Origin: Methanothrix sp. | GTDB lineage: Archaea; Halobacteriota; Methanosarcinia; Methanotrichales; Methanotrichaceae | DNA: 31,387 nucleotides | NCBI GenBank assembly: GCA_037128175.1 | Contig: JBAXWY010000031.1 | Location: 1 to 31,387, forward strand | Direction: 5' to 3' | Shown here: positions 1 through 11,100 of the stretch, in pieces | Layout of the letters: the number at the start of each line of letters is the position of its first letter | How positions within the stretch are numbered: the first letter of the stretch is position 1 | The notes under the pieces: model-generated | Seen by the model: the letters and a program-made list of their open reading frames with translations, nothing else | What the model was told of the DNA's origin: nothing | The model's database searches: none | Program-made: the position numbers and the translations under genes

Positions 1-230
1 TCAAACACCGGCCTGATCAAATTGTGCTCCAGATCAGCCTCAACGTACCTTTCGAGATTTTTCCCTTTCCGCTCGAAGATCTCTTTTATTTGCAAGAATG
101 TTTCACGGAGATGAGCATCATCATTCCATTCTGGAACCTTCTGGATCATATTCTCTATGTAATGATTTGAAAAAAGGCCGCTATTATTAAACACGTCCCC
201 CGTATTGATTATCTCCGCAGATGCCGCCAA
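1..230 (-). CDS. N-terminus (runs off window) of a probable type IIG (Eco57I-like) restriction-modification enzyme
   Basis: Manual translation from TTG at 230, after GAGGGAGA: LAASAEIINTGDVFNNSGLFSNHYIENMIQKVPEW...YVEADLEHNLIRPVF. The NxxLFSxxY...EAxLExxxIRPV pattern resembles N-termini of fused type IIG RM proteins. Not in the ORF track. Confidence 0.5.
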   Translation of the reverse strand, partial: MAASAEIINTGDVFNNSGLFSNHYIENMIQKVPEWNDDAHLRETFLQIKEIFERKGKNLERYVEADLEHNLIRPVF

Positions 231-396
231 ATATTTCTCCCTCGGATAGGCTCAACCATTGCTCACACGAAAAAGCTTGCGGAGGAAAATGCATGCCGCC
301 AATTCAGGCAACAATTTCTCGGAGCATCATCCCCACCTTGAGCTTGATGTCGGGAATCTCGTTATTGACAACATCCCAGACGATCTCCCACTTCAC

Positions 397-1612
397 CTCG
401 TTGCCCAAAGAGGCCCCATCCTTTAGGGTGGGGAGGAATTGGACGGTCTCGTTTCGTAGGTAGTTATTTATACTCATAGAACTATATCCTCAATACAATG
501 ATGCAAACGCTTATGGTCAAGGTTGAAACTACGTTGGAGCAAGCCGAAGTTCTCCATAAGACTATGCATCAGTTTAACGCAGCTTGCAATGACATAGCCA
601 ATACTGCTTTTGATATGCATCTTGCCAACAAAATTGAATTGCAGAAAACTGTCTATTATCCGATCAGAGAACGATATAGCTTGTCTGCTCAGATGGCCGT
701 TAGAGCCATTTCCAAGACAGTGGAGGCTTATAAGAGAGATAAGTCCATCAAGCCTACTTTTGATATTGATGGAGCTATGCCCTATGACCAACGTATTTTG
801 AGTTGGAAAGGGCTTGATAGAGTATCTTTGCTTACCTTGGAAGGTAGGCTTATTTTGCCGGTTCGGATTTGCAAATACCACGCTCCAAAGATGATTCAAC
901 CAAGAGGACAGGTAGATTTGATTTTCAAGGATAATGCGTTCTATTTGGCTGTTGTTGTCGATGCTCCGAAAGAGTATCCTATTAATCCAATTGATGTTCT
1001 TGGTATCGATCTTGGAGTCAAGAACATCGCAGTTGATTCCACTGGAGAAGTTTTCTCTGGTAATGCTATTGAAAAAACTAGGATCAAAATCGATGTTATC
1101 AAAGCCGATCTTCAGAGTTGCGGTACTCCAAATGCAAAAAGACATCTCAAGAAGATTGGAACGCGTGAATCCCGATTTAGACGTGATACTAATCATTGCA
1201 TCTCCAAAAAGATGGTTGCGAAGGCCAAAGACACTTCTTCTATTATCGCCCTTGAAGATCTTAAGGGGATTCGGAAGAGCATGACGGTTAAAAGAGCCGA
1301 GAGACGCAAAAATTATTCTTGGGGATTTGATCAGCTTAGGCAGTTTATCAGCTACAAGGCAGCTATTGCTGGTGTGCCGGTTGCTTACATTGATCCTGCC
1401 TATACCTCTCAAGAATGTAGCTCCTGTCATCATATCTCCAAATCCAATCGTCCTACAAGGGAGGATTTTGTTTGTAGTAGCTGCGGCTTCTCTCTACCGG
1501 CTGACTACAATGCCGCTCTGAATATCAGAGCAAGGGTAGCTGTCAACATGCCCATCGCAGCCCGACTTTTTGCGGAGCCGCAAGCCACGTCCTTTAGGGC
1601 GTGGTAGTTGAC
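397..1612 (+). mobile_element. IS200/IS605-family (IS1341-like, tnpB-only) element
   Basis: Left-end hairpin GCCCCATCTTTAGGGTGGGG (~413-432). Right-end hairpin GCCACGTCCTTTAGGGCGTGG followed by TAGTTGAC (ends 1612). No target duplication. Joining the flanks CTTCAC|TCCAAAATAGTG restores hepT in frame. Confidence 0.92.
498..1607 (+). CDS. tnpB: RNA-guided endonuclease TnpB
   Basis: 369 aa. RuvC-I GIDLG, RuvC-II IALEDL, zinc finger CSSC..CSSC, RuvC-III ADYNAA; catalytic D/E/D intact. Confidence 0.96.
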   Translation: MMQTLMVKVETTLEQAEVLHKTMHQFNAACNDIANTAFDMHLANKIELQKTVYYPIRERYSLSAQMAVRAISKTVEAYKRDKSIKPTFDIDGAMPYDQRILSWKGLDRVSLLTLEGRLILPVRICKYHAPKMIQPRGQVDLIFKDNAFYLAVVVDAPKEYPINPIDVLGIDLGVKNIAVDSTGEVFSGNAIEKTRIKIDVIKADLQSCGTPNAKRHLKKIGTRESRFRRDTNHCISKKMVAKAKDTSSIIALEDLKGIRKSMTVKRAERRKNYSWGFDQLRQFISYKAAIAGVPVAYIDPAYTSQECSSCHHISKSNRPTREDFVCSSCGFSLPADYNAALNIRARVAVNMPIAARLFAEPQATSFRAW

Positions 1613-1770
1613 TCCAAAATAGTGATGGATTAGCTTATCTCGAAGTCCTGCAATCTTTCGCCACTCAATGCCGGGATGTTTCTCCCTGAATTAGGTCTTT
1701 AAAATCGATACCGTCACTGCTCCCCTCTAGAAAGTTGATCTCGTCCAGGATGTGCTTCAAAAAGACGGAG

Positions 1771-2058
1771 TCATCCTTGGTCAGCCCAGACCACCTCTTT
1801 TTTTACGTATGGCGCAATATAAGGGCTCAGGGAGTCAGGCGTGACCAGTTCCACTCTCCTAGCAAAGAGGTCTTCAAGGAAGAAGGATAGTTTCATAAAG
1901 TTATCGAAGGTCGGCTCTTCAAATTCCACCATTATATCTACATCACTGGTACCTTTTTCATCCCCACGAGCAAAGGAGCCGAACAGGCCGATCCTTTTGA
2001 CATGAAATCTCTTTTTTATCTCCTGCTCATCCCGTCTCAAGATATCAATGATTTTCAT
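1771..2058 (-). CDS. mntA: Minimal nucleotidyltransferase (MNT) antitoxin of an MNT-HEPN pair
   Basis: 95 aa with the GLFGSFARGD...SDVDIMVEF motif; directly upstream of and overlapping the hepT pseudogene. Confidence 0.92.
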   Translation of the reverse strand: MKIIDILRRDEQEIKKRFHVKRIGLFGSFARGDEKGTSDVDIMVEFEEPTFDNFMKLSFFLEDLFARRVELVTPDSLSPYIAPYVKKEVVWADQG

Positions 2059-2230
2059 AATTGGATCCTGTAATAATCTGCAGACAAAGAATAAAAATCT
2101 GCCTCTCTTGGCTTCAAAATTGAATGCAAAAGTTTGCGGTTAGTACTCATCAATTGGTAAAAAATGAAATAATCAAGAAATCAAGAACCTCAAAAGCGAA
2201 AAGAGAAAAACAAAAAGATCGGCCCTCGCT

Positions 2231-3940
2231 TCAGGCCGTCTTCATCCCGGCCGCTTCCTCCAGTCCCAGCTCTTTGATGGACTCATCTCTCATCTTGAAC
2301 TTCTGGATCTTGCCGCTCACGGTCATGGGGAAGTCATCCACGAACTTGATGTACCTGGGAACTTTGAAGTGCGCGACCCTTCCCTTGCAAAAAGCCTTGA
2401 TCTCCTCCGCACTGGCAAAGGCGCCCTTCTTGAGCTTGATCCAGGCCATGATCTCCTCGCCGTACTTTTTATCGGGCACACCAATGACCTGCACATCGCT
2501 TATGGCCGGATGAGTGTACAAAAACTCCTCAATCTCTCGCGGGTAGATGTTCTCTCCGCCCCGGATGACCATGTCCTTGAGCCGGCCCGTGATCTTGCAG
2601 TAGTCCTCATCGTCCAGAGTGCCCAGGTCGCCGGTGTGCAGCCATCCTTCCTTGTCCACGCACTGGTCGGTGGCCACCGGATTGTTGTAGTAGCAGCGCA
2701 TGATCATGTAGCCGCGAGCGCATATCTCGCCCGTCTCCCCGCGGGGGACTATCTTGCCCGTCTTGGGGTCCACGATCTTCATCTCGGTATGCGGCATGGG
2801 CCTGCCGATGGTCGAGACCCTCTGCTCCATGGAATCATCGGTGGAGGACATGGTGATGCCGGGCGAGGCCTCCGTCTGGCCGTAGGTGATCACCACCTCT
2901 CGCATATTCATGAGGGTGCTCACCTTCTTCATGAACTCAATGGGGCAGGGAGACCCAGCCATGATTCCCGTTCGCAAGCTGGAGAAATCGTATTTGGAAA
3001 AATCGGGGTGCTCTAGCTCCGCGATGAACATGGTGGGCACTCCGTGTACCGCAGTGCAGCGCTCCTTCTCGATAGCCGACATGACCAAGACGGGATCGAA
3101 GTACTCGGCAGGCAGCACCATTGCCGCCCCGTGCGTCATGCAGGCCAAATTGGAGAGCACCATGCCAAAGCAATGGTAAAAGGGGACCGGTATGCAAAGC
3201 CGGTCAGTGTCCGTAAACTTCATGCACTCGCCGATGAAGTAGCCGTTGTTCAAGATGTTATGGTGCGTGAGAACCACGCCCTTCGGGAAACCGGTTGTGC
3301 CCGAGGTGTACTGAATGTTAATGGGATCATCAAAGTCCAGGCTCTCTTCCCTCTCCTGCAAAATCTCATCCGGCACCTCATCTCCCTTTTTCATCACATC
3401 ATCCCAGGACCACATGCCCGGCTGCTTCTCGCCCCGGATCACCACTGCCGTCCGCAGGAATGGCAGCTTCTCGGAGTGAATCATGCCCGGCTGAGCCGTC
3501 CTGGCCTCGGGACAGACCGCGTAGAGCATCTGCACGTAGTCCGAGCTTTTGAAGTGGTCCATGAGCAGCAGGGCCTGTGCCTCCGACTGGCGCAGAGCAT
3601 ACTCCAGTTCGTGCGTCCGGTAGGCAGGGTTGATGTTCACCATGATGATGCCCGCTTTTGCCGTAGCGAACTGGGTGATGATCCATTCCGCCAGGTTTGT
3701 GGCCCATATCGCGAGGCGGTCGCCCTTCTTGAGGCCCAGAGCGATGAAACCCTTCGCGGCGCGGTCCAGCTCCTTTTGCAGTTCGCGATAGGTGTATCGC
3801 GTTCCCTGGTGGATGGATACAATTGCGTCGTTCTCAGGGTATTTTTCCGCTATTTCATCGAACATATCGCCGATGGTCTTTCCAATAAGCGGTTTCTCCG
3901 AGCCGCGAAAAGCATAGCTGTGCGAGACTTTGCCTGGCAT
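2231..3940 (-). CDS. AMP-dependent acyl-CoA synthetase (AMP-binding family)
   Basis: Motifs QYTSGTTGFPKG, YGQTE, WLHTGD, GRLKDMVIRGGENIYPREIE and SGKIQK. Start placed at MPGKV (3940); the ORF extends to 3955. Confidence 0.95.
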   Translation of the reverse strand: MPGKVSHSYAFRGSEKPLIGKTIGDMFDEIAEKYPENDAIVSIHQGTRYTYRELQKELDRAAKGFIALGLKKGDRLAIWATNLAEWIITQFATAKAGIIMVNINPAYRTHELEYALRQSEAQALLLMDHFKSSDYVQMLYAVCPEARTAQPGMIHSEKLPFLRTAVVIRGEKQPGMWSWDDVMKKGDEVPDEILQEREESLDFDDPINIQYTSGTTGFPKGVVLTHHNILNNGYFIGECMKFTDTDRLCIPVPFYHCFGMVLSNLACMTHGAAMVLPAEYFDPVLVMSAIEKERCTAVHGVPTMFIAELEHPDFSKYDFSSLRTGIMAGSPCPIEFMKKVSTLMNMREVVITYGQTEASPGITMSSTDDSMEQRVSTIGRPMPHTEMKIVDPKTGKIVPRGETGEICARGYMIMRCYYNNPVATDQCVDKEGWLHTGDLGTLDDEDYCKITGRLKDMVIRGGENIYPREIEEFLYTHPAISDVQVIGVPDKKYGEEIMAWIKLKKGAFASAEEIKAFCKGRVAHFKVPRYIKFVDDFPMTVSGKIQKFKMRDESIKELGLEEAAGMKTA

Positions 3941-4163
3941 GAAGTTGCCTTTCAATCGCTAAGGGGATATAACAGTATCTTAAGGCAGGTTTAGAAAATG
4001 TGGAATTAATGCGATAGATTCCTAGCCGTTTTGACCGACAGGTATATAATCTAGATTGATGTTCTAGGGAAGGTTACATTTTCGTCGATTCAAAGAGATT
4101 TGTTGAGATGTTTTTTGTAGCAAGTTCGATTCTTTGAATCGATCCAAAAGGTACGTGAATTAA

Positions 4164-4364
4164 ATGTTTGAGAGAAAATATGAAAACAGCGGTAGCGGCA
4201 GCAGCGGCGGCTACAATAGTGGTCCCAGAGAAATGACAGACGTAACTTGCTCAGAATGCGGCAAGCAAACCCAGGTTCCCTTCAAGCCGGACGGATCCAG
4301 GCCGGTTTACTGCAGCGAGTGCTACCAGAAGCACAGACCTGCCAGGTCACCCGGAAGATATTAA
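4164..4364 (+). CDS. CxxC-x17-CxxC zinc-binding domain protein
   Basis: Gly/Ser-rich leader followed by REMTDVTCSECGKQTQVPFKPDGSRPVYCSECY. Confidence 0.92.
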   Translation: MFERKYENSGSGSSGGYNSGPREMTDVTCSECGKQTQVPFKPDGSRPVYCSECYQKHRPARSPGRY

Positions 4365-4655
4365 ACCTATTTGATTTGATCTATCTGTTTTAGCCATGAA
4401 TCGGCTATGTGGGGCTACATCCTGCCCTGCAGATTTCAACTTTTTGGCGTATTACAGCTTTGTCTCAGAGAACGCTCTTCTGAAAGCATTTGGCCGGGCG
4501 AAGCTAATGCAAAATATATCGAGACCTTTGTGGGGAACGAAAAAGGAGCAAGAGTCTCGACGGAAAAACGCGAAGCAAAATTGCTGCCCAAGGATTATAA
4601 ATAGCTGAGGCTAATTCTAATTTATAAATGCCGTAAATCAAAATAAGGAGCCGAA

Positions 4656-4910
4656 ATGACCTGTGATCTTTGTACTAGAGCACCGGTGGGTGCATGCGTG
4701 GGCGAGACGTTCTGCTCGTCTCTCCATTTAACGGACGAGGACGCCTGTGGGCTGGCGGCCGAAATATGCCTATCCTGGTGGCAGAAGAGAGATGACGAGA
4801 CTGCGATTGATGATCTGCTCTGGGAGATGTCGGAGAATCGAATTGATGAGCTGGCTTGTGATCCCAAGAAGGCCAGGGCGTATTTGGCTGAGAGGAGTTT
4901 AGAGCGCTGA
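4656..4910 (+). CDS. Hypothetical small Cys-rich acidic protein
   Basis: 84 aa, AAGGAG RBS, upstream TTTATAAA TATA-like box, CxxC at the N-terminus. No family recognised. Confidence 0.65.
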   Translation: MTCDLCTRAPVGACVGETFCSSLHLTDEDACGLAAEICLSWWQKRDDETAIDDLLWEMSENRIDELACDPKKARAYLAERSLER

Positions 4911-4948
4911 TCCGGCTCTTGGCTCCTGTATTATTATTCTATTTCCTA

Positions 4949-4978
4949 TCAGAATAAGGTCAATGTAGTTTTTTGCAT
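4949..4978 (-). pseudogene. Truncated stub of the small RHH-like gene (MQKTTLTLF*)
   Basis: First 8 codons match the intact copies at 27340-27495 and 28502-28657, then a frameshift/stop. Confidence 0.8.
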
Positions 4979-4989
4979 TTCTCATCGTA

Positions 4990-5042
4990 ACTATATTTTA
5001 TGTATCCAAAAAATTTAGGTACCAAAATCTTATTATGCAATG
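4990..5042 (+). promoter_or_regulatory. Conserved BRE/TATA promoter cassette upstream of the glucan synthase
   Basis: TATGTATCCAAAAAATTTAGGTACCAAAATCTTATTATGCAAT closely matches 28693-28734 and 27531-27572. Confidence 0.75.
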
Positions 5043-5102
5043 CGACAGAAATGGGAGGCAACCGATATTCAACCATAGTACAGCTAACCCAGGTGTCAAG
5101 AA

Positions 5103-8100
5103 TTGATTCTAAGCCAAAATCAAGTTCATAGGACAATAAACCGTATCAAGGCACGCCTTGATAATAATGCCTTCCTAAGCCAATACAGTTCTGAGCAGCC
5201 GCTACGATCGGAGCTGTTCAGCACCGATCAACTGGTGCGGCATGCTGAGGCGCTGGCAGAACAGCATGAGGTTGATCCAATACCCGGCAAGGACAGGCTT
5301 TTGCCAAGGCTGGCTGAGAACGAGGTAATCCTGCTGCAGGCATACGAGCTGCTAACAGAGGCCGCGGCATCGAATCTTCGGATTCCACCAGCTTCCGTGT
5401 GGCTGCTCGACAACTTCTACAAGATAGAAGAGCAGATTCGCTTGGCCAAGCGGCATCTGCCGAAAGGTTACAGCAAAGAGCTGCCGCATTTGCAGAGAGG
5501 GCCCCTGGCCGGCTACCCGCGCATTTATGACCTTGTCAGGGAGCTGCTCCTTCATACCGATGGTCGGGTGGATGCAGAAAGCCTAAAAAGCATTGTGGAT
5601 GCTTATCAGACGATCACTGTGCTTAACCTGGGGGAGCTTTGGGCTGTTGCCATCATGCTCCGTCTGGCGTTGATTGAGAATATGCGGTGCATCTCTTTGC
5701 GAATCGCCAAGAGCAGGATTGACCGCAACCTGGCAGGTTACTGGGCAGATCAGGTCATTCTGGCGGCAGAGACAAAATCAAAGAGCATGATCGTTGTGGT
5801 GGCTGATCTGGCCGGTTTCGACCCACCAATGTCCAGTGCATTTGTTGCTGAATTTGCCCGAAGGTTGGAAGGACAGGGCCATGCTCTGGCTCTACCGTTA
5901 TTATGGATTGAAGAGCGTCTATCTGAAAAAGGAAAGACCATCGGGCATATGGTCCAGGAGGATATTCAGCAAGAAGCGGCAGATAAGATCTCCATAAGCA
6001 ACAGCATTGGAAGCTTTCGTTTTCTTGAGTCCATGGACTGGAGGAAGTTTGTAGAGGGGACGAGTGCGGTCGAGAAGGCACTGCACCTGGATCCAGTTGG
6101 TACATATAGCCGGATGGACTTCGCCACTCGGGACCGTTACCGCCACACAGTTGAGAGGATCGCAAGGTACAGCTTGCATTCTGAGGAAGAGATCGCACTT
6201 TTGGCGGTAAAACTAGCCCAGGAGAGTGTTGAGTCGAAGGGCAGCGAAGATCGAAGTGCACACGTCGGGTTCTACCTGATAGATAAAGGGCTACCCGAGC
6301 TTGAAAGGACTGCCGGGATGAGCCTGTCGCTGATGGAGTCACTTAGCAGGACTATTTACCAGTTCCCTCTTCTCTGTTACCTCGGCGCGATAACGCTGGT
6401 TACAGCCCTTACCACCGCCACAGTACTGGGCCAGGCTCATGGGCTTGGATCGGGCGGATGGATGCTGGTCTTGGCTTCCATCTTCCTGGTGATCTGCATA
6501 AGCAGTCCTGCAGTCGGCCTGGTGAACTGGCTGGCGACCATGCTTGTCATGCCTCATGCTCTCCCCAGAATGGACTTCTCTTCAGGCATTCCAGAAGAGC
6601 AGCGAACACTGGTGGTGGTACCATCTGTTCTGACCAGCCCGGAAAAAGTTATTGATCTGCTGGAGGCTCTGGAGGTTCGATACCTGGCAAACCGGGATAT
6701 AAACCTCCACTTCGGCCTTCTGACGGATCTTTGCGATGCCGAGCAGGAGGTCGTGCCTGAGGATGAGCATCTGCTAATCATGGCTCGTCAGGGAGTCGAG
6801 GCTCTGAATGAAAAGTACCCTGATGATATCTTCTTTCTCTTCCCCCGCCAGCGCATGTGTGACCCTAAGGAGGAGATCTGGAGGGGCTACGAGCGAAAAA
6901 GGGGCATACTCGGGGAGCTTAATTCTCTCTTACGAGGCGGATCTGAAAATAGCTTCTCCATAATTACAGGAGACGTATCGATCCTGCCCGGGATGAAGTA
7001 CGTCATCACAGTTGACGAAGATACCAGGATGCCCTATGACTCTGCCCGGCGGCTGGTGGAGACCATAGCTCACCCTCTCAACTGTCCCAGGTTCGATGAG
7101 CATAAGCAATATGTCGCGGAGGGCTACAGCATACTCCATCCTCGACTGAGCTCAGGCATGCCTGAGGCAGACCGATCGAGGTTTGTGAGGCTCTTTGGAG
7201 GCGAGCCTGGAATTGATCCGTACACCCGCGAGGTCTCGGATGTCTACCAGGACATTTTCGGAGAAGGCTCCTTTACCGGCAAGGGAATCTACGATGTTGA
7301 TGCCTTCTCGCAGTCTCTGGGTGGACGCTTTCCAGATAACCGGATCCTGAGTCATGATCTTCTGGAGGGTAGCTATGCCAGAGCGGCACTGGTCAGCGAT
7401 GTGCAATTCTATGAGGACTATCCCTACCGCTACACCACTGACGTAGGCAGAAGGCACAGATGGATCAGGGGAGACTGGCAGATTGCAAGTTGGCTGCTCA
7501 TGCGCGTGCCGGGGCCCGGTGGCATGGTCATGGATAACCCTATCTCAGGATTATCCCGGTGGAAGATCCTCGACAACCTTCGGCGCAGCCTGGTGAACCC
7601 GGCCCAGATTTTGCTTTTGTTATTGGCATGGTTGCTGCTGCTCCAGCCGAGCTTTTGGACCGCGGTGGTTGTAGGAGCGGTCCTGGCTCCATCGGTTCTA
7701 GCTTGCATCCGGGTGATCCTTAACAAGTCTGCCGAGCTGCCCCTGGATCAGCACCTGTATTCTGCCGGGAGAGCAATTGTCAGATACCTGGCCCAGGCAG
7801 GGCTCAGCCTGACCTTCCTGCCGTATGAGGCCTTCTTCAGCCTGGATGCAGTTTTACGCGCCGGATGGAGAATGTTATTCACCCATAAGCTGCTGCTGGA
7901 ATGGAACTCTTCGAGCAGCTCCAAGAGCAATGGAAAGAGTGATCTGGCGGGAATCTACCAGTCGATGTGGATAGCCCCGGCAGTAGCCATTGCCATGGCC
8001 TCTTATCTTTCGTTTTGGCGTCCTGATGTTCTGTACGTCGTCTGGCCGCTGCTGGTATCTTGGAGCCTCGCACCTGCTGTTGCCTGGTGGATCAGCCTGC

Positions 8101-11100
8101 CCCTTGACACACCCAAGGCAAAACTTGACGAGGATCAGACGATCTTCCTGCGCAAGCTTTCTCGGAAGACATGGAAGTTCTTCGAGACATTCGTGGGGCC
8201 CATAAGCCACTGGCTTCCGCCGGACAACTATCAGGAGAACCCGCGTTCTGTGGTTGCCAACGGCACATCGCCCACGAATATGGGATTGTCGCTGTTGGCA
8301 AACCTGGCGGCATATGACTTTGGCTATATCTCCGCAGGTAAGCTGATAGAGCGCACTGCTGGATCCCTTCAGACCATGAAATTGCTGGAACGGTTCCAGG
8401 GCCACTTTTACAATTGGTACGATATTACGCTGCTAGAGCCAATGCAGCCCAAGTACATCTCAACTGTGGATAGCGGAAACCTGGCAGGCCATTTGCTGAC
8501 TCTAGAGCAGGGGCTATTGGAGCTTCCTGATCAGAAGATTCTGGCTCACCAGGTCTTTGACGGTCTTACGGATACGTTGTTTATTATTTTGGATAATTCT
8601 GAGAAGAAAATCATGCCTATGCAGGTGCAGGACCAGATCCGTCAGTTCAAGAATGAGCTTTTGTCGCCTCCTTCTACCCTTTTGGCTGCCTGGATGCTGC
8701 TGGACAAACAAGCAAGAGCAGTAACAGGGATAATAGATAGCCTGGGCCCAAATGTAGATGAGAGTGTGAAGTCATGGCTCCAGGCGTATGAGTTGCAGAT
8801 CCGGGACCATTCAGACGACTTGATGCAAACAGCTCCATGGCTAATGTTGCCTCTATGGGTAATAATCCATCCTATCAAGGAGGATGTCTTGACTCCAAAC
8901 TTCGCCGAAGAGGCAAGAAGGATGGACGAACTGCATACAAAACTGCTCAAGCTTGACAGCATTCCATCTCTGCAGGAAGTGCCAAAGATGGCTATGAAGC
9001 TCAAGCCTATGATTGACGAGATCCTTAGCAGCCTGCAGAGCGGGGAGGAGAGAGAATGGCTCCTTTCGCTCAAGCAAATGATCACACAGGCAGGCGAAAG
9101 AGCCGCCCAAAGGATTACCTCCATCGAGAAGCTTGCGCATGACTGCGGCGAGCTTGCTGAAATAAGATACGACCTCCTCTTCGATAAGTCACGTCGGCTT
9201 CTTGCCGTAGGATACAACGTCGATGACCTGAGACGTGATGAGAGCTGCTATGATCTGCTGGCATCCGAAGCCAGGCTATCCAGCTTCGTCGCCATCGCCC
9301 AAGGGAGCCTTAAGCAAGATCACTGGTTTGCCCTTGGTCGCATGCTTACCATCGCAGGCGGAGAGCTGGCTTTGCTCTCTTGGGGTGGAACCATGTTCGA
9401 GTATCTCATGCCGCAACTGATCATGCCTACCTATGAGAATACCCTCTTAAGCCAAACCTATAGAGCGATAGTCAGGCGACAAATAGAATACGGTGAACAG
9501 CGTGGCGTTCCCTGGGGCATCTCAGAGTCGGGCTACAACATGACAGATGTCAACCTGATTTACCAGTACCGCGCCTTCGGAGCACCTGGCCTGGGGTTTA
9601 AGCGCGGGCTGATTGAGGATCTGGTGATCGCGCCTTACGCCTCGGCTCTGGCCTTGATGGTGGAACCGGCTGAGGCGTGCACCAACCTGCAGCGAATGGC
9701 TGCCGAGGGCAATCTTGGGCGATATGGTTTCTACGAGGCGATCGATTACACCTCATCGCGTCTTTCTCGGGACGAGACCAGTGCAACTGTGCTGTCCTTC
9801 ATGGCCCACCACCAGGGCATGAGCTTCCTATCTCTGGCTTACGTGCTTTTAGACAGACCCATGCAAAGAAGGTTCATGGCCAATCCGATCTTCCAGGCTG
9901 CGGATCTGCTTCTCCAAGAAAGGGTTCCGAATGCTTTGCCTTTCTATCCCCATGCTTCTGAGGTTTCGGCAGCAATATGGAGGGCGGGCATGCTGGATAG
10001 GAGCGAGTCCCTGCGGGTCATCGATGATCCGAACACTCCCCGACCTGAGGTGCACCTGCTCTCGAATGGCAGATACAGCGTAATGGTCTCCGGTTCAGGC
10101 GGGGGCTACAGCAAGTGGAAGGATATTGCCGTTACTCGCTGGCATGGTGACCCCACCCGTGACAATGAAGGCATGTTCTTCTATATCCGTGACCTGGACA
10201 GCGGCGAGGTCTGGTCTGCAGGATATCAACCTGTGCTCAAAGACTTTGAGACTTACCAGGCGATCTTCCGGGGATCGATGGCAGAATTCTGGTCAAGGGT
10301 TTCGGATATTGATACCTATGCCGAAGTGGTCGTCTCCCCTGAGGATGATGTTGAGCTACGCAGCATCAGCGTCACCAACCGATCAATGAGAATGCGAAGG
10401 ATAGAACTGACCAGCTATGCCGAGGTCGTCTTGACGACCCCTTCAGCCGATGCGACACATCCCTCTTTCAGCAATCTCTTCGTTGAAACAAAGATCGTTC
10501 GCAAGAGATCTGCGATCCTCTGCACTCGCCGGCCAAGGTCAAAGGACGAGAGAACTCCCTGGATGCTGCACCTGATCGCAGCGGAGAAAATCGAGGTCGA
10601 CGAAGTTTCCTATGAAACAGACCGCATGAAGTTCATTGGACGAGGAAGAACTGCCGCAGATCCTATGGCTTTGACGGGGTCATCAAAGCTCTCAGATAGC
10701 GAAGGATCTGTCTTAGATCCCATCGTTGCCATCAGGTGCGTTGTCACGATCAATCCTGGAGAGACTTCGCGGGTGAACTTCATCACAGGCATTGCAGAGA
10801 CGCGAGCTGCTGCCATAGAGTTGATCGATAAATACCACGACGTGCGCATGGCAGACCGTGTCTACGACCTGGCCTGGACTCACAACCAGATGATCATGCA
10901 GCAGCTCAACATCGCCGAGGCTGATATCCAGCTCTATGAGCGCCTTGTCAGTGCCATACTCTACACAAGCCCAACCTGGCGCGCCAGCCCGAGCGTTCTT
11001 TTGAGCAACCACAGTGGCCAGTCTGGCCTGTGGGCTTACCGCATCTCGGGCGACTATCCGATTGTACTGCTCAGGATAGGGGATCGATCTTACGTCGAGC

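Larger units (their letters stand above)
304..1784 (-). pseudogene. hepT: HepT-like (DUF86/HEPN) ribonuclease toxin, split by an IS insertion and carrying an internal deletion/frameshift
   Basis: 1784-1690 reads LTKDDSVFLKHILDEINFLEGSSDGIDFKDLIQ. A shifted frame then gives FREKHPGIEWRKIAGLRDKLIHHYFG (RX4HxY motif). After removing 397-1612 it continues VKWEIVWDVVNNEIPDIKLKVGMMLREIVA* (stop at 304-306). Overlaps the upstream MNT gene. Confidence 0.9.

Noticed and set aside
474-1433. 319-aa ORF antisense to tnpB
   Set aside because: Lies wholly opposite a clear tnpB, has no motifs, and such antisense frames are common over tnpB genes.
498-1607. TnpBs as catalytically dead regulators or Cas12f
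   Set aside because: Both TnpBs keep the D-E-D triad, sit within IS ends, and have no adjacent array.
2369-3994. Long plus-strand ORFs (215 and 316 aa) opposite the acyl-CoA synthetase
   Set aside because: Shadow ORFs caused by GC-rich codon bias.
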